Shown here: in pieces, positions 9,897-20,103 of the stretch
How the letters are laid out: each line of letters opens with the position of its first letter
Numbering within the stretch: the stretch's first letter is position 1
Assembly: GCA_963763745.1 (NCBI GenBank)
Contig: CAVXQJ010000016.1
Span: 257,029 to 321,028, forward strand
Source: an uncultured delta proteobacterium
GTDB lineage: Bacteria; Myxococcota_A; Polyangia; Polyangiales; Polyangiaceae
DNA: 64,000 nt
Direction of reading: 5' to 3'
The notes under the pieces: model-generated
Database searches by the model: none
What the model was told of the DNA's origin: nothing
What the model saw: the letters and a program-made list of their open reading frames with translations, nothing else
Translations under genes and position numbers: made by a program

Positions 9897-11624
9897 ATGC
9901 AATTCACACGCGCGCTGATCCCCACGCTGAAAGAGGCACCGCAAGACGCCACGTTCGTGAGCCACGCGCTCCTTCTTCGCGCGGGTTACATCCGCCGCGT
10001 CGGCGCGGGCATCTACGATTTTCTCCCGCTCGGTCTCCGCGTGCTCCGCAAAGTGGAGCGCATCGTGCGCGAAGAAATGGATCGCGCGGGCGCGCTCGAG
10101 ATCCTCATGCCGGTGCTCTTGCCCGGCGAGTACTACAAAGAGACGGGGCGCTGGGACGTGTACGGCGACGTGCTCTTCCGTCTCAAGGATCGCAAAGGCG
10201 GCGATTACAACCTCGCGCCGACGCACGAAGAGATCGTCACCGACATCGCGCGACGCGAGATCAAATCGTATCGCGACATGCCGAAGAATCTCTATCAGAT
10301 CCAAACCAAGTTCCGCGACGAGCCGCGCCCGCGCGCCGGTCTCCTTCGATGTCGCGAGTTCTTGATGAAGGACGCGTACTCGTTCGACGTGAGCGAGGAG
10401 AACGCCCTCGCGAGCTACGAGAAGATGCGTGCAGGATACAACAACATCTTCACCCGAATGGGCCTGAAATTCCGCATGGTCGCAGCCGACAGCGGCGCGA
10501 TGGGCGGCAACACGAGCGCCGAGTTCCAAGTCCTCGTCGACTCGGGCGAAGACGCCATCGTCGCATGCGACAAGTGCGACTACGCGGCGAACGTCGAAGT
10601 CGCCGAGGTGAAGGTCGTCGACCCCGGCCGCCGCGCGATGGCGACGACCATCCGCATGATGAAGGTCCACACGCCCGGACAAAAAACGATCGCCGAGGTC
10701 GCCGCGTTCATGAACGTGAAGCCGAGCGAGATGTTCAAGTCGCTCTTGTACGTCGCCGAGGGTTCGAACCAACCGGTGATGGCCATCATGCGCGGCGATC
10801 ACGAGCTCAACGAAGTGAAGCTCGCGCATGCCCTCGGAGCATCCGCCGTGCACCTCGCAACCGAGGCCGACGTGAAAACGGCGACGGGCGCCGAGGTCGG
10901 ATTCGCGGGCCCCATCGGCTTCAAGGGAAAGATCTACATCGATCGCGCGGCGGCGCTCGTGCGCAACGGCGTGTCGGGCGCGAACGAAACGGATCATCAC
11001 CTCGCGAACGTGAACCATGGTCGCGATTTCGAAGCCGAGGTCGTCGACGTGCGCCTCGCGCAAGACGGCGATCTGTGTCCGCGCTGCGATGAGGGCCGCT
11101 TGCACGCGTACAAAGGCATCGAGGCGGGACACATCTTCGTCCTCGGCACGCACTACTCCGCGAAGATGGGCGCAACCTTCCTCGACGAGCAGCAGCAGTC
11201 GAAACCGGTCGTCATGGGCTGTTATGGAATCGGCGTGTCGCGTCTCGTCGCGACGACGATCGAGCAACACCACGACGAAAACGGAATCAGCTGGCCGATG
11301 CCCATCGCGCCGTATCACGTGCACCTCTGCACGCTCGGAAACGACGACGCGGTGCAATCCGCCGCGCGAACGCTCCATGACGGTCTCGAAGCGGCCGGCG
11401 TCGAAGTGATTTGGGACGATCGCGACGAGAGGCCCGGCGTGAAATTCAAAGACGCCGATCTGCTCGGCGTGCCGCTCCGCGTGACGATCGGGAGCAAGGG
11501 GCTCGCGCAGGGCGGAGTCGAGCTCAAGCCGCGCACGGAGAAAGATCCGAAGAAGGCGGAGATCATTCCGCTCGATTCGGCCGTCTCGGTCATCGCGTCG
11601 CGCGTGAAAGCCGCGCTCGCGTGA
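9897..11624 (+). CDS. proS: Proline--tRNA ligase (bacterial type with editing domain)
   Basis: MQFTRALIPTLKEAPQDATFVSHALLLRAGYIRRVGAGIYDFLPLG...RDEPRPRAGLLRCREFLMKDAYSFD...; 575 aa; full-length class II aaRS. Confidence 0.95.
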   Translation: MQFTRALIPTLKEAPQDATFVSHALLLRAGYIRRVGAGIYDFLPLGLRVLRKVERIVREEMDRAGALEILMPVLLPGEYYKETGRWDVYGDVLFRLKDRKGGDYNLAPTHEEIVTDIARREIKSYRDMPKNLYQIQTKFRDEPRPRAGLLRCREFLMKDAYSFDVSEENALASYEKMRAGYNNIFTRMGLKFRMVAADSGAMGGNTSAEFQVLVDSGEDAIVACDKCDYAANVEVAEVKVVDPGRRAMATTIRMMKVHTPGQKTIAEVAAFMNVKPSEMFKSLLYVAEGSNQPVMAIMRGDHELNEVKLAHALGASAVHLATEADVKTATGAEVGFAGPIGFKGKIYIDRAAALVRNGVSGANETDHHLANVNHGRDFEAEVVDVRLAQDGDLCPRCDEGRLHAYKGIEAGHIFVLGTHYSAKMGATFLDEQQQSKPVVMGCYGIGVSRLVATTIEQHHDENGISWPMPIAPYHVHLCTLGNDDAVQSAARTLHDGLEAAGVEVIWDDRDERPGVKFKDADLLGVPLRVTIGSKGLAQGGVELKPRTEKDPKKAEIIPLDSAVSVIASRVKAALA

Positions 11625-12805
11625 CGAAACGAACGATCACATCGACGGACGCCGTCCACGCGGGTGATCCACGCAAGCACGCGTTCGACGCGGTCCCCGA
11701 GCCCGTCGCGCTCACGTCGACGTACACGTTCGATGACTCCGCGGAGATCGTCGCGCACACCGAAGGCACGCACGCGCGTCCCGATCGCGAAGAGTACGGG
11801 CGCTACGGAAATCCCACCGCGCGCGCAGTCGAGCTCCGCTTGGCCGCGCTCGAAGGCACCGAAGACGCGGTCCTCTTCTCTTCGGGCATGGCCGCGATCA
11901 CGACGGCGCTGTTCGCGCTGACGAAGAGTGGCGATCACGTCGTCTTGTTCTCGGAGTGCTACCGCATGACGCGCGAGTTCGTCCAAACGACGCTCGCGCG
12001 TTACGGCGTGACATCGACGCTCGTGCCGATGGACGCGAACGCGATCGCTGGCGCGCTCGCGCCGAATACGCGCCTCGTCGTCGGCGAGATGCCCACGAAC
12101 CCGCACCTCCGCTGCATCGATCTCGAGAAAATGGTTGCATCATGCAAGGGTCGCCGCGGGCTGAAGACGCTCGTCGACTCCACGTTCGCGACGCCCGTGA
12201 ATTGCCGGCCCGCTTCGTTCGGAGTCGATCTCGTCGTGCACAGCGCGACGAAGTATCTCGGCGGCCACCACGACGTGCTCGGCGGCGTCGTGTGCGGAAC
12301 GAGCGCGCTGTGCTCGCTCGTCCGCGAGCTCCGTGGCGTGCTCGGCAACGTGTGCGATCCGCATGCGGCGTTCTTGATCGCGCGCGGATTGAAGACGCTC
12401 GCGCTCCGCGTCGAAAAACAAAACCGCACGGCGCTCGCGATCGCCGAGTGGCTCGAGACGCGCAAAGAGGTCGAGAAGACGTTCTATCCCGGCCTCGCAT
12501 CGCACCCCGATCACGCGCTCGCGCGCGGGCAGATGAGCGGCTTCGGCGGCGTCGTGAGCTTCATCGTGCGCGGCGGAATGGACGGCGCGCGGCGCGTCGT
12601 CGATCGCATGCAGATTGCACGCATCGCGCCGAGCTTCGGCGGCGTCGACTCGCTCGTCGAGCAACCCGCCGTGATGAGCTTCTACGAAATGACTCCGGAA
12701 GAGCGCCGCGACGAAATCGGCATCGCGGACGGGCTCGTGCGTCTCGCGGTCGGGATCGAAGAGCCGGAGGATTTGATCGCGGATCTCGAGAGGGCGCTGT
12801 CGTGA
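11621..12805 (+). CDS. Cys/Met-metabolism PLP-dependent enzyme (cystathionine gamma-synthase / beta-lyase family)
   Basis: GTG start overlaps the proS stop (GTGA). ...YGRYGNPTARAVELRLAALEGTEDAVLFSSGMAAI...HSATKYLGGHHDVLGGVV... matches the trans-sulfuration PLP enzymes, including the K of the SATKY PLP site. Confidence 0.85.
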   Translation: MTKRTITSTDAVHAGDPRKHAFDAVPEPVALTSTYTFDDSAEIVAHTEGTHARPDREEYGRYGNPTARAVELRLAALEGTEDAVLFSSGMAAITTALFALTKSGDHVVLFSECYRMTREFVQTTLARYGVTSTLVPMDANAIAGALAPNTRLVVGEMPTNPHLRCIDLEKMVASCKGRRGLKTLVDSTFATPVNCRPASFGVDLVVHSATKYLGGHHDVLGGVVCGTSALCSLVRELRGVLGNVCDPHAAFLIARGLKTLALRVEKQNRTALAIAEWLETRKEVEKTFYPGLASHPDHALARGQMSGFGGVVSFIVRGGMDGARRVVDRMQIARIAPSFGGVDSLVEQPAVMSFYEMTPEERRDEIGIADGLVRLAVGIEEPEDLIADLERALS

Positions 12806-14182
12806 TCACGGCGCGACGCTGAAGCGATAGAGCGTCGCGGGCTGGTTCACGCGTGCCGCGAGGATCCAAAGCTTGCCCGGCGTCCGTGCGGCGCTCATGC
12901 GCTCGAGGTTGATGACCGGCGTCATCGTCACGCCGGACGAACCGAACGTGGCGTCCGCGTTGCCGTCGAGATCGCTTCGCCATACCCAAATCGTCGAGTC
13001 CGTGGTCTTCGCGATCGTCGTGATGCCGACGACGATGAACGAGCTCCCGCCGTTCGGCACGAGCATCGAGCCCGCGAAGGGAAGCGCGCGCGTGCCGTTC
13101 GTTCCGAACGTCGCGTCGATCTGTCCGAGCGCGTCGATGCGCGTCATCGAGCCCGACGCGCCGAGCACGTACGCGCGATCTTGACCGTCGACCGCGATGG
13201 CCGTGCCGCCGACGCTCGCAGCGAAGGACAAATCGAGCGCGAAGCTGCCGTCGTTTTGCGGAACGAACCGCCGCGTCACGGCGGGGCCGAGCGCGAGGAT
13301 CGAACCATCGCTGCGAACCGCGAGCTCTTGCGGCGCGAACGAACCGGGCAGCGCCGTCGTGATGGCGCTCGGAAAGGATTCGAGGATGTGCGGACCGAAG
13401 CCGACGAGCGCGCTTTTGCTCCACGTCGCAGGCGCGGTGTCGGGCGTCGCGATCGGCGAGAGCGCGCCGCCGTTCGCATCGAAGAGCACGAAGCCCGCGG
13501 GGCTCTCGGGGCCGCCGTCCGTGCGCACGCCGCTCGCGATCGCGATCGTGCCGTCTTGTGCGATCGCGATCGCGTCGGCGTCCGTGCTCGACGCGACGGC
13601 GCCAACCGCGAATCCGTTCGCGCCGAAGGTCTTGTCGAACGATCCATCGTCGGCCAGCCTGACCGCTGCGACCTCTGGGCTCGTCGTGATCGTCGTCGCG
13701 ACGAACACGCGTCCGGCGAATGCGGCGATCGCGCGTGGATTCGCGCCCGGCCACACGAGCGAGAGCGCGCCGTTCGTGCCGAACGTCGAATCGGGAGCGC
13801 CGTCGCTCTCGACCGCGAGCGAGATCGCCACGTCGCTGTCCGCGAAACCCTTCGCTTGCGCGTGGAGATCGATCTTCGATTCGCTCGTGGGCGCGACGAG
13901 CGAAGCGTGAACGCGAATGCTCGAGTGCCCCGACGCTTGCGTCATCGGATCTTGAGTCACGCCGTCGGGCAATCCGAGGAGCGCGACGGTCGCGCCGTCT
14001 TGCGCGTCGAAGAGGACGTCCGTGTACGAGCCGATCGCGACGATGGCGGTCGTGGTCACCGGCGCCAGCTGCACGAACGGCCCCCCCACCACAACATCGA
14101 TGCTCGCATCGGGCGGAGAAAGCGTCGGAGCTGCCTGTGTGCACGCGGCGACGAACACGAAGAGCGCGCCGCGTGAGTACAT
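12806..14182 (-). CDS. Secreted delta-60-repeat-type beta-propeller protein
   Basis: Signal peptide; recurring D.TFG.NG motifs (DSTFGTNG, DKTFGANG, DATFGTNG, DATFGSSG) typical of the myxobacterial delta-60 repeat. Confidence 0.6.
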   Translation of the reverse strand: MYSRGALFVFVAACTQAAPTLSPPDASIDVVVGGPFVQLAPVTTTAIVAIGSYTDVLFDAQDGATVALLGLPDGVTQDPMTQASGHSSIRVHASLVAPTSESKIDLHAQAKGFADSDVAISLAVESDGAPDSTFGTNGALSLVWPGANPRAIAAFAGRVFVATTITTSPEVAAVRLADDGSFDKTFGANGFAVGAVASSTDADAIAIAQDGTIAIASGVRTDGGPESPAGFVLFDANGGALSPIATPDTAPATWSKSALVGFGPHILESFPSAITTALPGSFAPQELAVRSDGSILALGPAVTRRFVPQNDGSFALDLSFAASVGGTAIAVDGQDRAYVLGASGSMTRIDALGQIDATFGTNGTRALPFAGSMLVPNGGSSFIVVGITTIAKTTDSTIWVWRSDLDGNADATFGSSGVTMTPVINLERMSAARTPGKLWILAARVNQPATLYRFSVAP

Positions 14183-14191
14183 CGCCAGATT

Positions 14192-16297
14192 TTACCCGAG
14201 ACCCTCCAGCGCGGCGAGGAGCGCATTCGCTTGCACGGTGGACTCCTCCGCCGTCATCGGGCGCGCATCGCGACACACGGCGAGCGTGACGAAATCCTCC
14301 GGCACGTCGGACAAGAATCGGCTCGGCGTGCGCGGAATTCCCTTCCCCCGCATCGACCGCGCTTCGCATCGCGAGATCGTGAGCTTCTCTCGCGCGCGCG
14401 TCACACCCACGTAAAGGAGGCGCCGCTCTTCTTCGACATCGGCCTTCACGCCGAGCTCGTTTGCGATCTCGCTCGTGGCCGCGTCCGTCGCTTTGTCCAT
14501 CTGCGTGCGCGCGTGCGGGAGATAACCCTCTTCGACGCCGATCAAGAACACGTGATCGAACTCGAGACCTTTCGATCCGTGGAGCGTCGAGAGAAGGACG
14601 AGCTCTTTGGGTTTGTCGTCGCCGTCGCCCGAGTCGCTCTGGTCGAGCATCATCGCTTGCACGAAATTGCGAAGACCGTCTTCGCTCGTCGGATCGCGGC
14701 CCGCCGCGCGCTCGCGCTCTTCGCGCCGCGCGAGCGTCGACGCGAGCGACTCGACGTTTCCGAAACGTCGCGCCGCCGCTTCGTTCGACGCCGAGCTCTC
14801 GTCGATGTCGCCGCGGAGACCGATGCGCTCGCACAGCCATCGCACGACGACGCTCGCGGGCGTTCGCTCGATGACGAGCTTCTTGCGCGCCTCGCCGATC
14901 ACCTTCTCGAGATCCGCGCAGCCCGATCGCGCCGCGCTCGGCACGTCGTCGATCGCGTTCACGCGCTCGACGGCTTCCCAGAGCGTCCACCCGTTCGCGG
15001 TTGCGTGCGTCGCGAGCCGCGTGAGGCTCTGCTCGCCGATGCCGCGCGCCGGATAATTCACGACGCGGCGAAGCGCGATCTCGTCCATGCGATGAAGCGC
15101 GAGCTTCACGTACGAGAGGATGTCCTTCACTTCTTTGCGCTCGAAGAACTGTTGCCCGCCGACGACGCGATACCCGATGCCTTGCTCGCGCATCGCCTCT
15201 TCGATCGGCCGCGCTTGCCCGTTCGAGCGGTACAAAACCGCGATCTGCGAAGGGCGCACGTGCTCGTCGTGAACGAGCCGGCGGATTTCGCGCGCGACGT
15301 GCGCGGCTTCGGCTTCGGGTGTGGAGCACGCGAGGACGATCGGTTTTTCGCCGGCGCCTTTCGTCGAGAACAAAGTCTTCTTGTGCTTGCTGCCGTCGGT
15401 GCGTTTTTCGATCACGGCGTTGGCGACGGCGAGGATCTCGGGGCGCGAGCGATAGTTCTGCTCGAGCTTCACGACCTCCGCGCCCGGAAAGTGCGTCTCG
15501 AACTCGAGGATGTTGCGCACGTCCGCGCCGCGCCAGCCGTAGATGGCTTGATCATCGTCGCCGACGACGCACACGTTCTTGTCGCGCGAGCCGAGCAGGC
15601 GCAAGAGCTCGAGCTGGGCGACGTTCGTGTCTTGGTACTCGTCGACGAGGATGAAGCGGTAGCGATCGTGGAAGCGCGCGAGCACGTCTTCGCGCGTCTT
15701 CAAGAGGCGCGCGAGCTCGCACACGAGATCGTCGAAGTCGAATGCGCGAAACGCGCGCAGCGCGGCTTGATACTTCGGGTAGACCTCGCGCGCGATGACG
15801 TCGTACTCGTCGTCTTCGTTCGCGACGTAGTCCTGCGGCTCCACGAACGCGTTCTTCGCGAGCGAGATGCGCGCGAGGACGGCCGGCGCGTCGAAGCGGC
15901 GACCCGCGTCGGTGCGTCGCATGCACTCCTTCACGACGCCGAGCGCGTCGCCTTGATCGAAGATCGTGAACGCGCCGCCGATCGCCGCGCGCTCGCGCCC
16001 GAGCGACGCGAGGCCGAACGCGTGGAACGTGGAGACGGTGAGCTCTTTGTGCGCGAGCTTGCGCGCCTTCGCGATCGCCGCGACGCGCTCGGCCATCTCG
16101 CCCGCCGCTTTGTTCGTGAACGTGAGCGCGACGACGGACCGCGCGGGGATCCCGCGCTCGAGCAGGCGCGCGATGCGCTCGGTGATCACGCGCGTTTTGC
16201 CCGATCCCGCGCCCGCGAGGACGAGCAGCGGCCCCGCAAAATGTTCGACGGCGCGCTTCTGCGCGGGATTGAGCGGGATCGCCATTCCAGTGTTCAT
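14192..16297 (-). CDS. uvrD: UvrD/PcrA/Rep-family ATP-dependent DNA helicase
   Basis: Walker A LLVLAGAGSGKTRVITERIA and the helicase motifs FTNKAAGEM, DEYQDTN, YRSN...; about 700 aa, intact. Confidence 0.9.
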   Translation of the reverse strand: MNTGMAIPLNPAQKRAVEHFAGPLLVLAGAGSGKTRVITERIARLLERGIPARSVVALTFTNKAAGEMAERVAAIAKARKLAHKELTVSTFHAFGLASLGRERAAIGGAFTIFDQGDALGVVKECMRRTDAGRRFDAPAVLARISLAKNAFVEPQDYVANEDDEYDVIAREVYPKYQAALRAFRAFDFDDLVCELARLLKTREDVLARFHDRYRFILVDEYQDTNVAQLELLRLLGSRDKNVCVVGDDDQAIYGWRGADVRNILEFETHFPGAEVVKLEQNYRSRPEILAVANAVIEKRTDGSKHKKTLFSTKGAGEKPIVLACSTPEAEAAHVAREIRRLVHDEHVRPSQIAVLYRSNGQARPIEEAMREQGIGYRVVGGQQFFERKEVKDILSYVKLALHRMDEIALRRVVNYPARGIGEQSLTRLATHATANGWTLWEAVERVNAIDDVPSAARSGCADLEKVIGEARKKLVIERTPASVVVRWLCERIGLRGDIDESSASNEAAARRFGNVESLASTLARREERERAAGRDPTSEDGLRNFVQAMMLDQSDSGDGDDKPKELVLLSTLHGSKGLEFDHVFLIGVEEGYLPHARTQMDKATDAATSEIANELGVKADVEEERRLLYVGVTRAREKLTISRCEARSMRGKGIPRTPSRFLSDVPEDFVTLAVCRDARPMTAEESTVQANALLAALEGLG

Positions 16298-16354
16298 CAA
16301 GCACGGCCTCGCCGCGGAAGGAAGATTGCTTTTTCGAGGTATGCTCCTTTGCCC

Positions 16355-18274
16355 ATGCGCCGCTCGATTGTCCTTTCCGTGCTCGCTTTCTCAGCCGTAC
16401 CGATGTTCGTGTTCGCGTGCGGAGGCCCGCCGCAGCCGACGAAAGAAGTGACGACGCTTCCCTCCGCGAGCGCTTCGGTCGCGGTCGTTCCAGCGATCGA
16501 CCTTTCGCCGGTCGCGATGCCCTCGTCGGTCGTCGTCCTCATTCACGCGGCGCACATCGGCGCGTCGGCGGACATGGTGTCCGAGTGGGCAGGGCAGCAG
16601 CTCGAGGTGGACCAGGCGCTCGGCGAAATGGTCGGCGAGAAGCTCGCGAAGCTCGTCGATCTCGACTCCCCCGCGGACATGACGATCACCGCGGAAGATC
16701 GCGGTGGGCGTCGCGAGCCCGACGCGCGCTTCGCGGTGTCGCTTCCGGTGAAGGACTTCGAGGGCGCGAAATCGCAGCTTCAAGGCGAGTACGGGCTCCT
16801 ACCCATCAGCAACGGCGCGTTCGAGATTTCGCGCTCGGGCAAACATCACCGCGACGGCGACTCGGATTTTCGATCGTGCGCGCTCGCGCCGAGCGGACAC
16901 GGCGGTCGCCTCGTGTGCAGCAAGGACGCGACGGCGCGCGACGCCGTGCTGCCGTTTCTCACGCGCGGCACGTCGAACCTCGCTTCGCTGAAGAGCGATC
17001 TCCACATCGACGCGCGTCCCGGTCCGTTTCGCGAGCTCGTTCGGCGCGAGCGATCGAGCATCACGCAGAGCGGCGCGCGCTTCATGGGCGGCGGCCGCGA
17101 TCTGCGCGTCGCGTGGGAGTCGGCGGTCGCGGATTTGTGCGACAGCTTCCTCGACGTCGAGCGCGCGTCGCTCGACGCGACGATCGACGCAAAGCAAGGC
17201 ATGGCCGATTTGAAAATCTCCGCGAAGGGATCGCAAGGTCTCCTCACGCGCGTCCTCTCCGCGCATCCCGAGCGCGCCGAGCCGCCGCCCGCCGCATTCC
17301 TGCGCTTGCCCGACGACGCGGACATCGCCCTCTTCGCGCACGGCCTCGACGCCGATCAGATCGCGGGCCCGCGCACGCAGCTCATCGCCGCGACGGAGGC
17401 CCAGCTCGCACAAGAGGACAAGCTCACGCCCGGCGATCGCAAAGCATTCGTCGATGCGCTCGCGCACACGATCGATCTCTTCACGATGCCCGTCGTCTAC
17501 GCACGCGGCGTGGATTTCGCGAAGGCCGTTCCCGCGGTCTCGGGCCTCACGGAGGCTTCCGACGCGTCGAAGATTCGCGCCGGGATCGAGCAAGCCGCGG
17601 GCTGGGACGTGTTCGGCGTCGAAGGCGCGCCGGACAAAATCGCGGCCGTGTTCAAAGAGTGGACGGCGGCGATCGGTCGACCCACCGTGGCGTCGCAGAT
17701 GAAGGACACGAAATGGCGCGTCGCCGGCGCATCGCGCAACGCGCCTGCCGGCTCCGTGCATCTCACGCTCATCCACGAAATCGAAGACATCGATTTTCAA
17801 ACGCGCGGGCCGAACGGCCAACCGAAGAAGCGCCCGCCCATCGTCATCACGATGCACACGCTCATCGTCCCCGACGGACCGCGCGCGTGGATCGTGAACG
17901 CGCTCGACGAGACGACGGCCGTGAACAAGGCGCGCGCCATCATGGCGAGCGCGCCGGGCGGCGCGGGGACGCTCGCGACGCGCGCCGGGCTCGACGCGCT
18001 GAAGAACGCGCGCCTCAACGCGGGCGGTTTCATCACGCCGCGCGGCGCGGGGCTCGGCATGCCGATGTGGTGGATGTTCACGTGGAACCCGCGCTACAAA
18101 ATTTCGAACGACCCGCTCGTCGGCGTGTCGTCGCAATCGCAATACACGACGCCGATCATCTTCACGGCCGCCGAGAGCGCATCGAACGACGAAAAATCGC
18201 TCACGATCGGCCTCCGCGTTTCGCGCAGCGCGCTAGCCGATGCGCTCGCTGTCGCCCCCCACCTTTTCCACTGA
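16355..18274 (+). CDS. Large lipoprotein, hypothetical (639 aa)
   Basis: MRRSIVLSVLAFSAVPMFVFACGG lipobox. The rest of the 1347-aa track ORF upstream of this Met is antisense to uvrD and is not coding. Confidence 0.6.
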   Translation: MRRSIVLSVLAFSAVPMFVFACGGPPQPTKEVTTLPSASASVAVVPAIDLSPVAMPSSVVVLIHAAHIGASADMVSEWAGQQLEVDQALGEMVGEKLAKLVDLDSPADMTITAEDRGGRREPDARFAVSLPVKDFEGAKSQLQGEYGLLPISNGAFEISRSGKHHRDGDSDFRSCALAPSGHGGRLVCSKDATARDAVLPFLTRGTSNLASLKSDLHIDARPGPFRELVRRERSSITQSGARFMGGGRDLRVAWESAVADLCDSFLDVERASLDATIDAKQGMADLKISAKGSQGLLTRVLSAHPERAEPPPAAFLRLPDDADIALFAHGLDADQIAGPRTQLIAATEAQLAQEDKLTPGDRKAFVDALAHTIDLFTMPVVYARGVDFAKAVPAVSGLTEASDASKIRAGIEQAAGWDVFGVEGAPDKIAAVFKEWTAAIGRPTVASQMKDTKWRVAGASRNAPAGSVHLTLIHEIEDIDFQTRGPNGQPKKRPPIVITMHTLIVPDGPRAWIVNALDETTAVNKARAIMASAPGGAGTLATRAGLDALKNARLNAGGFITPRGAGLGMPMWWMFTWNPRYKISNDPLVGVSSQSQYTTPIIFTAAESASNDEKSLTIGLRVSRSALADALAVAPHLFH

Positions 18275-18286
18275 GCAGGGAGGATT

Positions 18287-18367
18287 GGGCTTTGGGCTTT
18301 AGGCTTTTGGGAAGAATGAGATTCTGAGCCAAAGTCCAAAGTCCAAAGCCGAAAGCCCATTTTTTGG
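18287..18367. terminator. Long hairpin with tandem-hexamer arms and a T-run; a REP-like element and likely terminator of the 16355-18274 gene
   Basis: Left arm GGGCTTTGGGCTTTAGGCTTTTGGG; loop AAGAATGAGATTCTGAG, itself a palindrome; right arm CCAAAGTCCAAAGTCCAAAGCCGAAAGCCC; then ATTTTTTGG. Confidence 0.6.
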
Positions 18368-18398
18368 CCTCTTCGGCCCACGTAGGTAGATGTAGGAC

Positions 18399-20075
18399 AT
18401 GCTTCGGCGTGTCCTCCTCCTTCTCCTCTTGTGTCTCTGCGCGGGAGAAGCACGTGCAAACTACACGGAAGCGCACGTGGGCGGCGAGGATGCGCGCGTC
18501 GTCATCGAACGCGACGGGCGCATGGTCGTCACGCACGCGCTCGCGTATCGCGTGCTCGCCGGGACGCTTCGATCGATCGCGCTGAGCGGGTTCGAAGACG
18601 ATTTGCGGTTTCGTCCGACGGCGACCGTGACCGCGTCCGACGGCCACACGTACGGCGCGTCGGTCGTGCGCGACGACAAAGACATCGTGCACGTCACCGT
18701 CGACGATCCCAAAGGTCTCAAGCGCGGCGACTATCGATTCGAGATGAGCTACGAGGGCTCGCTCACGGGTCGCCGCGTCACACGCGACGGCGCATTCGAC
18801 CGCGTGCGTTTCGCGCTCCCGCCGATGCGCGAAGGCGTCGACAGCGCGCGCGTCGTCTTGGATCTTCCCTCTGCGCCGACCGAGCCGCGCGCGGCCGGCG
18901 ATCAAAACGAAGCGGACATCGCGACGCTTCGGCGCAGCGCCGAACGTGACGAGCTCGAGCTCGTGCGCCCGCACGTGGCGAAGGCGGAGGCTGCGACGTT
19001 CTTCGCGCGCGTCGATCCGAAGGCGCTGTCGCTCGTCGACGATCCCGCGCTGCGCGTACCCGTGGTCGCGCCAAAGACATTCGACGAAGAGCCCGCGCGC
19101 ACGCCGATCGGAACGTGGACCTTGGTCGCCGCGTGCGCGCTCGCGGTGTTCGGCATTGCGCTCGCGAAGGGGCGCATCACCGAGGGCATGAGAGGGCTCG
19201 TTCCGGTCCATGGGACCGTGCGCGCCGTGATCGCGGCTGCGCTCTTCGCGGCGGGCGTTCGCGTGCAGATCGATGGACGACTCGTCGTCGGCGCGGCGCT
19301 CGTCGCGTGCGCGCTGCCGCTCCTCGCGTGGCGCGCGCGATCCGCTCCGCAAAAGGGCGCGCTCGGCCCCGCGACGTGGGTCGCGATGAAACCCGACGAC
19401 GCGTTCTCGGAGGAATCCTCGCGCGCGGATTTCCTCGACGGGACCACGATGCGCGGTGCGATCGTTTCATCGGTCATCGCCATCGCCGTGCTCGTCGCCA
19501 CGCGCTTCGTCGCTCCGTACGTCGTCGCGATGGACGCGCTCGTCCTCGTCCCGATTTTCTTCACGGGGACGTCGTGCCAGCGGCCCGCATCGGCGGCGCG
19601 CGAGGCCACGGCGCTCGCACGCATCGGCCGTGCGCTCGAAGGCGTCGACGTCGCCGCCTACGCGCGCGTCGCGCAAACGGGGAACATCGAACAAACGCGT
19701 TTGCGGGTGATGCCGACCGTGGCGATGCCGGGCTTGCTCGCGATCGAAGTGGGCGTCGCGTGGGAGTGGCGCGGCGCGTGGCTCGCTGCGTTCGACGTGC
19801 TCGTTCGCGTGACCGACGGGAGCTTCGCTTCCGCGAAAATGACCACGGCGTTTCCCAGAAAGCGCGCGCTACCCGGCCGTCAGCCCGAAGAGCGCGTCTT
19901 CCGCTTCGAGCCCGACGGCTGGACGGATGCATCGTGTGCGGCGCGCGTCATGGAGCTCGCCGACGTCCTCCGCGACCGTCGCGTCGTCATCGCCGGGAGC
20001 ACCGAACGCGCATTCGACGGCATCGAGCGGCGCCTTCCGCCGAACCGTCGTCCGGCGCAACAAGCTGCTGCATAA
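18399..20075 (+). CDS. Membrane protein with N-terminal signal peptide, hypothetical (558 aa)
   Basis: MLRRVLLLLLLCLCAGEARA; several predicted TM segments in the central region; intact ORF. Confidence 0.55.
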   Translation: MLRRVLLLLLLCLCAGEARANYTEAHVGGEDARVVIERDGRMVVTHALAYRVLAGTLRSIALSGFEDDLRFRPTATVTASDGHTYGASVVRDDKDIVHVTVDDPKGLKRGDYRFEMSYEGSLTGRRVTRDGAFDRVRFALPPMREGVDSARVVLDLPSAPTEPRAAGDQNEADIATLRRSAERDELELVRPHVAKAEAATFFARVDPKALSLVDDPALRVPVVAPKTFDEEPARTPIGTWTLVAACALAVFGIALAKGRITEGMRGLVPVHGTVRAVIAAALFAAGVRVQIDGRLVVGAALVACALPLLAWRARSAPQKGALGPATWVAMKPDDAFSEESSRADFLDGTTMRGAIVSSVIAIAVLVATRFVAPYVVAMDALVLVPIFFTGTSCQRPASAAREATALARIGRALEGVDVAAYARVAQTGNIEQTRLRVMPTVAMPGLLAIEVGVAWEWRGAWLAAFDVLVRVTDGSFASAKMTTAFPRKRALPGRQPEERVFRFEPDGWTDASCAARVMELADVLRDRRVVIAGSTERAFDGIERRLPPNRRPAQQAAA

Positions 20076-20103
20076 CGGCTCGCGTCTCTGGCATATTGCG
20101 CGG

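Noticed and set aside
7562-15329. Numerous long ORFs with Arg/Ala/Gly/Asp-rich translations (e.g. 7562-8842 +, 9843-11378 -, 12561-15329 -, 16799-18142 -)
   Set aside because: These are antisense or out-of-frame ORFs expected in 70% GC DNA. They lack signal peptides and motifs, have low-complexity composition, and overlap well-supported genes on the other strand.
14231-18274. 1347-aa ORF on the plus strand
   Set aside because: Only the last 639 codons, from the Met at 16355 with a lipoprotein signal, are coding. The N-terminal 700 codons are the antisense strand of the uvrD-like helicase, with Arg/Ala/Glu-rich composition typical of GC-rich antisense frames.
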